Assembly: GCA_963847185.1 (NCBI GenBank)
Contig: CAWJYV010000010.1
Location: forward strand, 352,001 to 416,000
Length of the DNA stretch: 64,000 bases
Source of the DNA: an uncultured Methanosarcinaceae archaeon
GTDB lineage: Archaea > Halobacteriota > Methanosarcinia > Methanosarcinales > Methanosarcinaceae
Direction of reading: 5' to 3'
The notes beneath the pieces were generated by a model. The model saw nothing but the letters and a program-made list of their open reading frames with translations, searched no databases and had not been told where the DNA came from. This document shows, piece after piece, positions 42,981 through 52,969 of this stretch. Positions within the stretch are counted from its first letter, which is position 1; every line of letters begins with the position of its first letter. The position numbers and the translations under genes are program-made.

Positions 42981-43115
42981 ATAGGAACTCGTAAATCCTG
43001 TTGCGTCAATTGCTGCAATGGAGATGTTTTCTCCGTGTAAGTAAAACAGTTTTAGAACCCTTGACTCATTACTTTTTTATCTGGGAAATTTGAGGTATTC
43101 TCTTTATGTGACTAG
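42981..43115 (-). pseudogene. Short remnant of an IS5-like DDE transposase
   Basis: Minus frame 43061-42981 reads RVLKLFYLHGENISIAAIDATGFTSSY (first catalytic Asp motif); the flanks are deleted or scrambled. Confidence 0.55.
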
Positions 43116-43277
43116 TGAACCTTATTTTCAAAAAGGTTTTTAATGGCATCATTTTTGCAGGAGACAGTAATTCAAATCCTTTTTAGTAAATATTGCTCTT
43201 AAATTGTCAGAATGTTTATCTAACAGATCCAGCAAAAAGCTTCAATTATTTATGTATTTTTACTTGTCACAAAAGAA

Positions 43278-43976
43278 TCAATTATCGCCTGGAAAAATTT
43301 CTCTTTTTATCTGTTTTTCTGGTACTTCCAGCTCCCTTAAAAGAGAGATCATGGACTCTACCATTTTCGCTGGGCCGCATGTAAAAAATGTACAGCCCAG
43401 GTAATCTGGTATAGATTTTTTGACCATTTCGGCATTGATCCTTCCTGTAATCCCCTTCCAATCGGGTCCTGGTCTGGTGATTGTATTAATTACTTTTATG
43501 TTGGGATGCTCCTTCTTCACAAGTTCCAGTTCTTCCCTGAAAGCTATATCGGTTTCGCTGCTGTTGGAGTAAAGCAGAGTTATATTAACGCTGATCTTCT
43601 TATCGATCGAATATTTGATCATGCTTCTCAGTGGAGTTATGCCTATACCTCCTGAGAGCATGCCTATATTGTTACACTCTTCCTGAAAGGTGAACATTCC
43701 ATAAGGCCCGTTTATTGAAACTTTATCTCCTGGCTTCAGTTCTGCCAGAGCATTTGAAAAAGGATGGCCTGTCAGCTTCTTAGTTATCTCAAGAAAGTCT
43801 TCTGTAGGGCTGCTGGATAAGGTAAAAGGTTTTTTCATCTGGTTAGGGCCGTCGCCCAGAATCAGGACTATGTACTGGCCTGGAAGATAATTGAACTCCG
43901 AGGGTTTTTCAAATCTGACGCTCTTTACATCAGGTGTTCTCTGAATAACCTCAATCACATTGGTTTCAAAAGGCAT
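43278..43976 (-). CDS. FAD/NAD(P)-binding oxidoreductase (ferredoxin-NADP reductase family)
   Basis: YLPGQY, KPFTLSSSP, GPYG.F, SGGIGITP, TCGP..MV, REIF. Confidence 0.9.
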   Translation of the reverse strand: MPFETNVIEVIQRTPDVKSVRFEKPSEFNYLPGQYIVLILGDGPNQMKKPFTLSSSPTEDFLEITKKLTGHPFSNALAELKPGDKVSINGPYGMFTFQEECNNIGMLSGGIGITPLRSMIKYSIDKKISVNITLLYSNSSETDIAFREELELVKKEHPNIKVINTITRPGPDWKGITGRINAEMVKKSIPDYLGCTFFTCGPAKMVESMISLLRELEVPEKQIKREIFPGDN

Positions 43977-44194
43977 TTTTCCTCAACACTATCAGCTATT
44001 TGAAAATTGTATATTTTTATAAATTAAATAAGTTAATATATAAAAGAGTTTGTAAATAAGTCAATATATAAAAAAGTTTATTTTCATCTCTTAACTGATG
44101 GTGAAAAAAATTAGACAGTATAAGTAAAAATACACGCTTATTTTCATAAACTATGGTTAATTCCTTATTTCCTCCACCAATCCAAAAAAAAATA

Positions 44195-44274
44195 AACCAC
44201 TGAAGGCGCGGAAAACACGGAATAAAGCGAACAAAGGCACAATTTCTTCAGCGCTTTCAGCGTTTTCCGCGGTT
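44195..44274. repeat. REP-like imperfect palindrome with 9-nt periodicity
   Basis: AACCACTGAAGGCGCGGAAAACACGGAA ... TTCAGCGCTTTCAGCGTTTTCCGCGGTT; the left arm recurs at 18699-18718. Confidence 0.6.
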
Positions 44275-44431
44275 AGAGAAACAAAAGCATATTTTTCTGT
44301 GCCCTTGAAAGTGAGGAAACTTAAATTTCCTGGCTGGTGAAGGTATTTTCCCTATATCCTGCAGTTAAGTGTAAATATTTATGTCAAAAACTATAGTTTA
44401 TTTTTCAATTGAAATTGTTTTGTGATTTGAA

Positions 44432-45658
44432 TTATTTGAATAATTTATTAATTGTAAAAGTAGCACTTGAGAGATGATCTTCCTTTACACTTCCAGCGCC
44501 TCCTGATCCGAAATGGCTGGCGAGCCAATTATAAAATCTCTTCGATAATTTTACACCTATTATGTCAACATATTTGTAAAACAGATAACTCAAAGGTAAT
44601 ATTAAAAGTAGAGACACGAGACATGAAATTAAAACAGCCGCTCCATATGGTAATAGTGGGTGCAGGAACAGGAATAATGCAGAGGTGAAAGTGCTCACCA
44701 CCAGGAAATGTATCAGGTACAGGGAGTAGGAGATTTTTCCGAGGAACACCGGCACAGGGGAAGAAAAAAAGTTTTGCAGCCTGTGGCTGTTTAATAAAAC
44801 ATACATAATCATGCCTGCGCCTGTAATATGATAGGTCAGCTTTGGTGTCGGGAAGATGCCGTTATTGAGAAAACCGTATAAAGAATCAGCTGTCACGGTG
44901 CCAATGGGATATGACCCGATAAACAGGCCCGAAAATAGTATAATGGACAATATTATTTTGTTGCTTGTTTTAAGCATCGGCTTCTTACTGTTGAATATGT
45001 CAGCGAACACCATTCCTATTATGAAAGCCAGATAATAAGAGTTGAAGAGAAGGACGGCTGCTGCCAGGTAGAATGTCCAGCGGGTACGTTGCGATCCGAA
45101 CAGAAATGATATTGCGAAAACAAGCATAGATCCATAAAATTCTGTTGTCATCGTCCACAGGACCGGATTATAGGTGTCAGCACCCGTAAAAAACGATCCC
45201 CACACTGCTTCTTTAATTGCATCGACCAGGTTTGGCGTAAAAGTCCAGTAATTGGCATAATTATTATTTCCGGAAACCGTTACAGCTTCGATATAATAAT
45301 GAAATAAGCCGGTTGATGCTATTAGATACGCTAACATTATTGCTGAGAATACAGGAATAAACAATCTTATGTATCGGCGCACTGCACTACTTACTATTAT
45401 TTTTTTGTCCTTCGTTAAAAAGTATTTTTGAGTTAGTACGTAACCACTCAGAACGAAGAAGATACATACCGAAAAGTTACCAGCGCCAATCAGTCCCAGG
45501 GGCGTGCCCGAAAAAAGGAGTTCAAAATTTCCAAGATGCAACGGCATCCGATTACCGTAAATCATTGCCGGGGCTAATACAATAAAGAAATGCATTATCA
45601 TAACATTAACCGCAGCTATACCGCGTAGCCCATCAAGATAGGTGATCTTTCCGGTCAT
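44432..45658 (-). CDS. Acyltransferase-3 (OafA-like) membrane O-acyltransferase
   Basis: LDGLRGIAA, FFVLSGY, RRY.RL, WTM..EF and LGKISYSLYLIH motifs; ATG 45658. Confidence 0.9.
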   Translation of the reverse strand: MTGKITYLDGLRGIAAVNVMIMHFFIVLAPAMIYGNRMPLHLGNFELLFSGTPLGLIGAGNFSVCIFFVLSGYVLTQKYFLTKDKKIIVSSAVRRYIRLFIPVFSAIMLAYLIASTGLFHYYIEAVTVSGNNNYANYWTFTPNLVDAIKEAVWGSFFTGADTYNPVLWTMTTEFYGSMLVFAISFLFGSQRTRWTFYLAAAVLLFNSYYLAFIIGMVFADIFNSKKPMLKTSNKIILSIILFSGLFIGSYPIGTVTADSLYGFLNNGIFPTPKLTYHITGAGMIMYVLLNSHRLQNFFSSPVPVFLGKISYSLYLIHFLVVSTFTSALFLFLHPLLPYGAAVLISCLVSLLLILPLSYLFYKYVDIIGVKLSKRFYNWLASHFGSGGAGSVKEDHLSSATFTINKLFK

Positions 45659-45690
45659 TTTATCTCTCAAAGGATATTCCAAAGTGAAAT

Positions 45691-45734
45691 AAGTCTTTCC
45701 ATTTGTTTTAATCAAGTCTTTCCATTTGTTTTAA
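45691..45734. repeat. 21-bp direct repeat upstream of the acyltransferase
   Basis: AAGTCTTTCCATTTGTTTTAA at 45691 and 45714. Confidence 0.8.
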
Positions 45735-45900
45735 GTAAGTAATGTGGAAAATAACAACCAGCAAAAAAGGAGGTTTCATGATAGCGTTGATAAATTAGTT
45801 TTCCACCCCTCGGTAGGTAACTGAATATATGGAAAAAATTAAACAAGCGGTTGGAAACAATATATCATTAAATCAAAAAAGAGAATAGATTGTCAGATAA

Positions 45901-46368
45901 TTAGATATTATCCAACAGAGAGTTTTCTCCTAATCTCGGCAAATACCCTTCTTTATATAAGGCAATTTTATAGTTATTTATTGCTTTGCATAACTTGTGA
46001 GTATGATTTATACAATTTTGACCTATTTCTCCTTTAAACAACAGTTTTTCTGCCCTATCAAAGTATTCTGGCGATAGATATATCATTTGTGCTTTCGTGT
46101 GCAGGAACATAACTGCAAAGTTTCTGTGAATGTTCATACTTATTCTAAGCAGTTCAGTATGCAGCTTGCTTTCAGGAAGATGGGGTGTAAATTTAAAAAG
46201 TGTATAAAAATCTGCAATTTCCTTGTTCAAAGAATGAAGAATTAAATGCAGTGCGTTGTCCGTTTTAGGGAAAGGAATATCCGTAAAATCCAGAAGTTTA
46301 ACATCTAGGGTTTCTTCTTCGATATTGTTTTTATCTTTGGGGTTGTTCGGGTTTATTTTTATCACCAT
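45901..46368 (-). CDS. Hypothetical protein
   Basis: 155-aa ATG-started ORF in an AT-rich region; no motif recognised. Confidence 0.5.
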   Translation of the reverse strand: MVIKINPNNPKDKNNIEEETLDVKLLDFTDIPFPKTDNALHLILHSLNKEIADFYTLFKFTPHLPESKLHTELLRISMNIHRNFAVMFLHTKAQMIYLSPEYFDRAEKLLFKGEIGQNCINHTHKLCKAINNYKIALYKEGYLPRLGENSLLDNI

Positions 46369-46945
46369 AGAATGATGTTTATGGTAGGATAATCTGGTGG
46401 CTTCTGTTAATACAAATGGTTTTAGAACATACTTATCAACTAGGGATGTTGTAAGAGTGTCTATTGATTTGATTTTATTGTACCAATCAGCTTAAAGAAG
46501 TTGCAGGTAGAAAATTAAACGCTCCGTTTTCCATTGCAAATCTAGCCTTATGGATCAAACTTCATTAGTGAGACCCGGTATACCTCCATCAATTAAGTAT
46601 GGAGAATGAATTCTGTTTTGAGAGGCACATCACCAATTTAGTATGACACTTGAATTGTTATCATGTATATGTATAAAAAGATTTACCACTTTAAAACAGT
46701 ATAAATATATTAATGATTTATCCGCCGCTCAGACTCTCAAATAAAAAACAGATGTTCTCTATCCGAACAGTAATTATCAAGTTCTATTTTGATCCACACG
46801 AGGCCACAGCAATAAGCAGCTGCAATCCCGTAGTACATTGTCAGGATTCTCGACTCTTTTTAGAGCATCTTTCAGCTTTTTCTCGGAATTTATTACATCT
46901 TCGATTCAAGCCATGTATAAATAAAAAAGGATGAAGGTATATTAA

Positions 46946-47194
46946 TTAACTCTCCAGGTCTCCGACGGGAACACTGATTACTCTGTCTTCTAGCCAGATT
47001 CTGTAATTTTCAGAAATTAAGCAGCCTTCTTCTTTTGTGAATGTTGAAGAGTGCTTATAATAATCTAATTTTACAGTGTCAAGGGTTTCCTTATAGAGTC
47101 CGCATTCTTTGAATTTTTTATTAATATAAACATCGAATGTGCCGTCGTCGTGGAGGATGAAGTGAGTTGTTTTGTTGGTATATTTTCTGGGCAT
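46946..47194 (-). CDS. Hypothetical small protein
   Basis: 82-aa ORF with a GGTGA RBS upstream of the ATG. Confidence 0.55.
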   Translation of the reverse strand: MPRKYTNKTTHFILHDDGTFDVYINKKFKECGLYKETLDTVKLDYYKHSSTFTKEEGCLISENYRIWLEDRVISVPVGDLES

Positions 47195-47836
47195 GATGGA
47201 TCACCGATTTTGATATTAGATAACTGCATATCTGAGTTTTAAACTTCATGCAGAATCTTATTCATAGGGTTTCATTTATAGGGTTTCAATTATGGATTTT
47301 ATTCACGGGCTGTATTCATGCATAGGGATTTTATTCAGAAATTTTTATTCATAGGGTTCGTGTTCATGCATGAGATACTATTTTTGATGTTGACTTATTT
47401 CAAGTATATATTATCTTCTATTTTTATAATTCTCATAGCATTTAAATTTATAACAGACAAAAATAATGGCAAAACAGAAGTTCCAGTAAGCGACAACAGG
47501 ATACTTTTTTAATATTGCATCTGTCTTCAAAATTGGTCGGTTTTCGGAATCGGTTGAATACATCTGATCATGATGGCACAGAAAGAACATATAATCACAT
47601 ATAGTATTACTTGATCTTTTGAAACAAACATTTTAATAACACTTTTTTTTAGGAAAGTATATATAGAAAAATCGTTTTAAGTATATCATTCTTAATAATC
47701 GTATGAAAAATATTACAATAATAGTGCTTTTAACTAGAAAAGTATTATTGACTGCCCTCTATAATTGGGAAAATACTGGTTCAGAAAGCACTGTAAGAAT
47801 CATGAAGATTCTGATTAAAATTGAGGAGGAATTTAG

Positions 47837-49522
47837 ATTAAGAAAAACCAGCAGTATTTATTTAAGGGATCAGTAGTCGCAATTATAGCGGCTATTGTTC
47901 TTATAAGTTCTATATCAGGTTGTGTATCCAATTCTGCGTCAGATAACTCGACTTCGCACGTTTCTGATGAACAGGTAAATTCCCAGGGTTCTGATAAACT
48001 GGTAGAATCAGCAGGTTCTGATGAGTTGATAGCAGCCATAGGGACCCATGGAGGGGAACCGGAAGCAGGGTTTAACCCTATCACAGGATGGGGGTACAGT
48101 CGTGAACCCCTGGTTCAGAGTACTCTTTTCAAAAAAGACAGCAAGGCAAATCTGATAAATGATTTGGCCACAAATTATTCTGTCAGCAGTGACGGATTAA
48201 AGTGGACTGTTAAAATAAGAAACGATGTTAAATTTCATGATGGTGTGCCTTTAACAGCCGAAGATGTAGCATTCACATTTAACACGGCAGCAAATGCTGG
48301 CAGTGTGGACTTATCCGTGCTGGAAAAGGCTGAAGCAATCGATAATTATACGATTGAATCCGAATTAGGTGATCCTCAGGCTACTTTTATTAATAAACTT
48401 GCAGCAATTGGCATCGTCCCTGAACATGCTTACAATGAATCTTATGGTGAAAACCCTATAGGATCAGGCCCATACAAATTCGTGCAGTGGGATAAAGGTC
48501 AGCAGGCAATCTTTGAAGCAAATCCAGATTATTATGGCCAAAAACCGTATTTTAAAAAGATAACCATGCTCTTTATGGGATCGGACGCTGCTTTTGCGGC
48601 AGCTAAGTCTGGACAAATTGATCTGGCTGAAATTCCTGCTTCATATGCCAATCAAACAGTAGATGGGATGAAGATAGTATCTCTGGATTCTATTGATGCT
48701 CGTGGGATAAGCTTCCCGATGAATCCGGATAAGGGCAAAAAAACTGAAAACGGCGATTCAATCGGAAATAACGTAACTTCTGACCCTGCAATAAGAAAAG
48801 CCCTGAACATCGGGATAGACAGGCAGACACTAATCAAAGGAGCCTTAAATGGGCAGGGTAAAGAAGAATTTACAGGTGTAGATAAATTACCCTGGGGTAA
48901 TAAAGAAGCTATTTTCGAAGACGGGAATATAGAGGAAGCAAAGAAAACTTTAGCCGACGGTGGCTGGAAAGATACTGATGGCGACGGTATTGTTGAGAAA
49001 AATGGTTTAAAAGCCGAGTTTACTTTAACGTATCCTTCTAGTGCACAGGAAAGACAAGCTTTAGCCGTTTCCTTAGGTGAGGAAGCTAAAAAACTGGGTA
49101 TAAACATTAAAGTCGAGGGTAAAAGCTGGGATGAAATTTACACCCTTTGCTCTTCTACTCCAAATGTCTGGGGTTACGGTTCGCTGGATCCGACTGACAT
49201 ATACTTAAGATACTACAGTAAGAGTTACGATCCCTCAACTCATAACAACGCAATAATGTACAATAATTCTGTTGTGGATAATTACCTGAGAACAGCCATA
49301 GCCAGTTCTGACCAGGATACTGCTATTAAAAACTGGCAGCTGGCTGCCTGGGATGGAACAACAGGATATTCAGAAAAAGGAGATGCTGCGTGGATGTGGA
49401 TGGCAACCATTAATTACACATTCATAATGGATGATGACATCGACATCGGAACTCCAAAGATACAGCCCCACGGCGCAGATATCTTCGGAAATATTTTAGA
49501 GTGGAAGCGCACAGAAAATTAA
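47837..49522 (+). CDS. ABC transporter substrate-binding lipoprotein, family 5 (nickel/peptide)
   Basis: VKFHDG.PLTAEDVAFTF, PIGSGPYK...W, IRKALN.GIDR. The lipoprotein signal (IKKNQQYLF...SSISGC) lies in frame upstream of the TTG at 48026 and starts at ATT 47837 behind GAGGAGG. Confidence 0.88.
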   Translation: MKKNQQYLFKGSVVAIIAAIVLISSISGCVSNSASDNSTSHVSDEQVNSQGSDKLVESAGSDELIAAIGTHGGEPEAGFNPITGWGYSREPLVQSTLFKKDSKANLINDLATNYSVSSDGLKWTVKIRNDVKFHDGVPLTAEDVAFTFNTAANAGSVDLSVLEKAEAIDNYTIESELGDPQATFINKLAAIGIVPEHAYNESYGENPIGSGPYKFVQWDKGQQAIFEANPDYYGQKPYFKKITMLFMGSDAAFAAAKSGQIDLAEIPASYANQTVDGMKIVSLDSIDARGISFPMNPDKGKKTENGDSIGNNVTSDPAIRKALNIGIDRQTLIKGALNGQGKEEFTGVDKLPWGNKEAIFEDGNIEEAKKTLADGGWKDTDGDGIVEKNGLKAEFTLTYPSSAQERQALAVSLGEEAKKLGINIKVEGKSWDEIYTLCSSTPNVWGYGSLDPTDIYLRYYSKSYDPSTHNNAIMYNNSVVDNYLRTAIASSDQDTAIKNWQLAAWDGTTGYSEKGDAAWMWMATINYTFIMDDDIDIGTPKIQPHGADIFGNILEWKRTEN

Positions 49523-49525
49523 ACA

Positions 49526-49567
49526 GGGAGCTTAAATTCAACTTAAACTCCCATTTTTTTTCTTTTT
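49526..49567 (+). terminator. Hairpin plus T-tract after the first binding-protein gene
   Basis: GGGAG...CTCCC stem followed by ATTTTTTTTCTTTTT. Confidence 0.5.
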
Positions 49568-49970
49568 AATATTGTTTAGCTTTAAGCCTCAGTTTATGAT
49601 GTAATAATGAACTCTTCCAGCAATTATTTTGCCTCTAATATTCCTCAGAAACCATCAAAGTTATACATATTTTTAGCATTCAATAGCAGCTGATAAATAG
49701 TCAGATATGAGTAAAAACTTACATTTCGTGCTACAATATTTCAAAAATAATGGATTTAGTAACATATTTTTTTAGGAAAGTATATATAGTAAAATTGTTT
49801 TAATTCAAGATATCTTAACAATTTAGTAAAAAATAACACTTTATTAGCATTTTAATTTACGAAGATAATATTTAAAGATATATTCGATAATTATCGATCA
49901 TTACAACACCGGAAAAGAGGATTTTGTCAAATAATTTAGAGTTTTGAGTGAAAATCGAGGAGGAGTTCAG

Positions 49971-51689
49971 ATTAAGAAAAACCAGAAATATTTGCCTATA
50001 TTGTCAATAATCGCAATCATAGCAATTGTTGGCATTATCAGTTCTATATCCGGCTGTTTATCCGGTTCTATGCAAAGTTCCGAGCTTGGTTCTGCATCAA
50101 ATTCGGAATCAGGCTCTTCATCAGGTTCTGCATCGGACAGCTCGATTTCCCAGGCTTCAGATGAACTGGTAGTTAATGTATATTCGCATACCGGAGAACC
50201 AGAAGCAGGATTTGATCCTCTTCTTGGACGGGGATGCGGGCATGTGAATTTTGAGCCATTGATACAGAGTACTCTTTTCAAATCAGCTGATGATGGCAGT
50301 ATGATAAATGATCTTGCTACAGGTTATTCTGTCAGTCCTGATGGGAAGACATGGACTGTAAATGTAAGAGATGATGTCAAATTCACAGACGGAGAGAAGT
50401 TAACAGCTGAAGACGTAGCTTTTACATTTAATACGGCAATTGGAAGCAATTCTGAACTGGATATGAGTAATCTTGAAAATGCTACAGCAATAAATGATAC
50501 GGCAGTTGAATTCAAACTAAAAGAACCCCAGTCCAGCCTTATCTGGAGACTCAGATACGTTGGAATTGTGCCTGCACATGCATATACTAAAGAAACCTAC
50601 GGATCAAATCCAATAGGATCAGGACCATATAAACTGGTTCAGTGGGACAAAGGCCAGCAGGCTATATTCGAGTTAAACGAAGGTTACTATGGGAAAAAGC
50701 CTTTCTTCAAAAAAATAACCCTGCTATTCCTGGATAAAGAAACCGCATTTGCAGCCGCAAAATCCGGCGATGTGGACATAGCTGAAATTGACATAAACCA
50801 TGCAAATCAAACAGTAAAAGGATATAACTTAATATCTCTTCCGGCAGCAAGGGCATTTGGTGTTTCATTCCCTATGCAGTATAAAACAGGTAACAAAAGC
50901 CCGAGCGAAGACCCGATAGGCAACAATGTAACAGCAGATGTAGCGATTCGAAAGGCTTTAAACATAGGCATTGACAGAAAAGCCATACTTGAAGGAGTAC
51001 TGTATGGAAAAGGGGATGTAGAATACACAGGCGTGGATCAAAGAGAATTTGGAAACCCTGAAGCAAAAATAACTGATTCTAATCCAGAAGAAGCTGTTAA
51101 AATACTTGAAGAGGCAAGCTGGAAAGACAGCGATGGAGATGGAATTAGGGAAAAAGACGGGACTAAAGCAGAATTTGACCTTTATTATTCTTCATCGGAC
51201 CAAACAAGGCAGGCTCTTTCAGTGGCTGTAAGCGAACAGGCCAAAAAATTAGGCATAAAAATAAACCTTGTAGGCACAAACTGGGATGAAATATATGCTA
51301 ATCAGTACAGTTCAGCCGTATTATATGCTTACAGCAGTATAGATACTTTCAATTTATACCTGCAGTACCACACTAAAGAAGCTGATGACACATACAAAAA
51401 TCCAGGTCTTTACAGTAATCCTGTTGTAGATGAGTATCTGGAAAAAGCTTTGAGATCTCCAGACCAGGACCAGGCTACAAAATACTGGCAATTAGCCGCA
51501 TATGATGGAAAAACCGGTTATGGGCCTGCAGGAGACGCAACGTGGTTATGGCTGGTGACAATGGACTATCTGTATACTGTAGATGAAACCATAGATATAG
51601 GGACTCCACAAAAAAATGCTGGGTCTGATATTTTAGGAAATATCTATGAATGGACAAGAATAGATGCAACCAATTCGACTTCAAAGTGA
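49971..51689 (+). CDS. ABC transporter substrate-binding lipoprotein, family 5 (nickel/peptide), second paralogue
   Basis: Same motifs as the upstream paralogue, lipobox SISGC and Ser-rich linker. Start is either TTG 49944 or the RBS-linked ATT 49971. Confidence 0.9.
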   Translation: MKKNQKYLPILSIIAIIAIVGIISSISGCLSGSMQSSELGSASNSESGSSSGSASDSSISQASDELVVNVYSHTGEPEAGFDPLLGRGCGHVNFEPLIQSTLFKSADDGSMINDLATGYSVSPDGKTWTVNVRDDVKFTDGEKLTAEDVAFTFNTAIGSNSELDMSNLENATAINDTAVEFKLKEPQSSLIWRLRYVGIVPAHAYTKETYGSNPIGSGPYKLVQWDKGQQAIFELNEGYYGKKPFFKKITLLFLDKETAFAAAKSGDVDIAEIDINHANQTVKGYNLISLPAARAFGVSFPMQYKTGNKSPSEDPIGNNVTADVAIRKALNIGIDRKAILEGVLYGKGDVEYTGVDQREFGNPEAKITDSNPEEAVKILEEASWKDSDGDGIREKDGTKAEFDLYYSSSDQTRQALSVAVSEQAKKLGIKINLVGTNWDEIYANQYSSAVLYAYSSIDTFNLYLQYHTKEADDTYKNPGLYSNPVVDEYLEKALRSPDQDQATKYWQLAAYDGKTGYGPAGDATWLWLVTMDYLYTVDETIDIGTPQKNAGSDILGNIYEWTRIDATNSTSK

Positions 51690-51976
51690 ATGATGTAAAA
51701 TGAGTGATATCATCATTCTATGATGAAATTTGAAGTCAGGTTAGAGACATGAAGTCAAGTGATGAGATAATGAATAAATTGATGTTATAAATATCACTCA
51801 TTTTACCTTTTTTGTTTAGAACGGGATGAAAGGAGACAATTGAAAAGAATATAAAGACCATTTCTTTGATTCACTCGTATGAAAATTTTAATAAAAATTA
51901 ACAATTATTATACTTAAAATAAACAATCTTTAACATGATAGTTGACATACAATGATTAATATTCTGAGGTTACAGC

Positions 51977-52969
51977 GTGCTGGACAATGAAAAAATAGCT
52001 GGTTTTATTGGGAAAAAAATGCTCAGGTTGATTAGTCTTTTGCTAGTAGTCTGTTTTGTAAGTTTCATGCTTATTCAATTTTCGCCTATAGATCCTGTCA
52101 GGGCTTACATTGGAGAAATGTCTGTTAGTGCGGAGCATAAAGCTAAACTTGAAGAATACTGGGGAGTTAACACGCCTCCACAGGAAAAATTCCTGAACTG
52201 GGCAGGAGACGCTTTTAAAGGAAACCTGGGAGTCTCATTGATTTACAGGACGCCCGTTACTGACGTAATCAAAGAAAGGTTTACGGCATCTCTTGTTCTC
52301 ATGACGGCTTCATGGCTGTTTTCAGGAATACTGGGTTTCATTTTGGGGATAATAGCTGGAGCAAAAAAAGGGACGTGGATCGATAAGGCAATAAAAACTT
52401 ATTGTTATGTTCTGGCAGCCACACCAACTTTCTGGCTTGCATTGATTCTCTTAATGATATTTTCAGTGTATCTTGGATGGTTCCCCATAGGTCTGAGTGT
52501 ACCTATAGGCGTCACTGCAGAAAATGTGACATTTTTTGATTGGTTCCTGCGTTTAATTCTCCCTGCATTAACTTTGAGTTTGTTAGGAGTTGCTCAAATT
52601 GCGCTGTTTACCCGGGAAAAATTGATAGAAGTCCTATCCAGCGATTATGTATTATTTGCACAGGCAAGAGGAGAAAAAGGACTGGACCTTGTGCTCAGGC
52701 ATGGGATTAGAAATGTTGCGCTTCCGGCTATTACACTGCAGTTTTTAGGGTTCAGCGAATTATTCGGAGGAACAGTCCTGGTGGAACAGGTATTTTCCTA
52801 TCCCGGGATCGGACAGGCCGCGGTAGCAGCAGGTTTAAGATCTGATGTACCTCTGCTATTAGGAATAGTTATTGTCAGTGCCTGCTTTGTCTTTTTTGGG
52901 AACTTATTTGCTGATATTATATACCAGTTTGTCGACCCCAGGATAAAACAACGGGAGGCATCAGTATGA
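51977..52969 (+). CDS. ABC permease (DppB/NikB-like)
   Basis: SPIDP, GNLG.SL..R.PV, LILP.LTL, EAA-loop ARG....LRH..RN, VEQVFSYPGIG. Confidence 0.92.
   Translation: MLDNEKIAGFIGKKMLRLISLLLVVCFVSFMLIQFSPIDPVRAYIGEMSVSAEHKAKLEEYWGVNTPPQEKFLNWAGDAFKGNLGVSLIYRTPVTDVIKERFTASLVLMTASWLFSGILGFILGIIAGAKKGTWIDKAIKTYCYVLAATPTFWLALILLMIFSVYLGWFPIGLSVPIGVTAENVTFFDWFLRLILPALTLSLLGVAQIALFTREKLIEVLSSDYVLFAQARGEKGLDLVLRHGIRNVALPAITLQFLGFSELFGGTVLVEQVFSYPGIGQAAVAAGLRSDVPLLLGIVIVSACFVFFGNLFADIIYQFVDPRIKQREASV

Noticed and set aside
47834-47836. Pyrrolysine read-through of the TAG before the binding-protein gene
   Set aside because: An in-frame TGA lies four codons upstream with no canonical start between them, so read-through would not supply a start.
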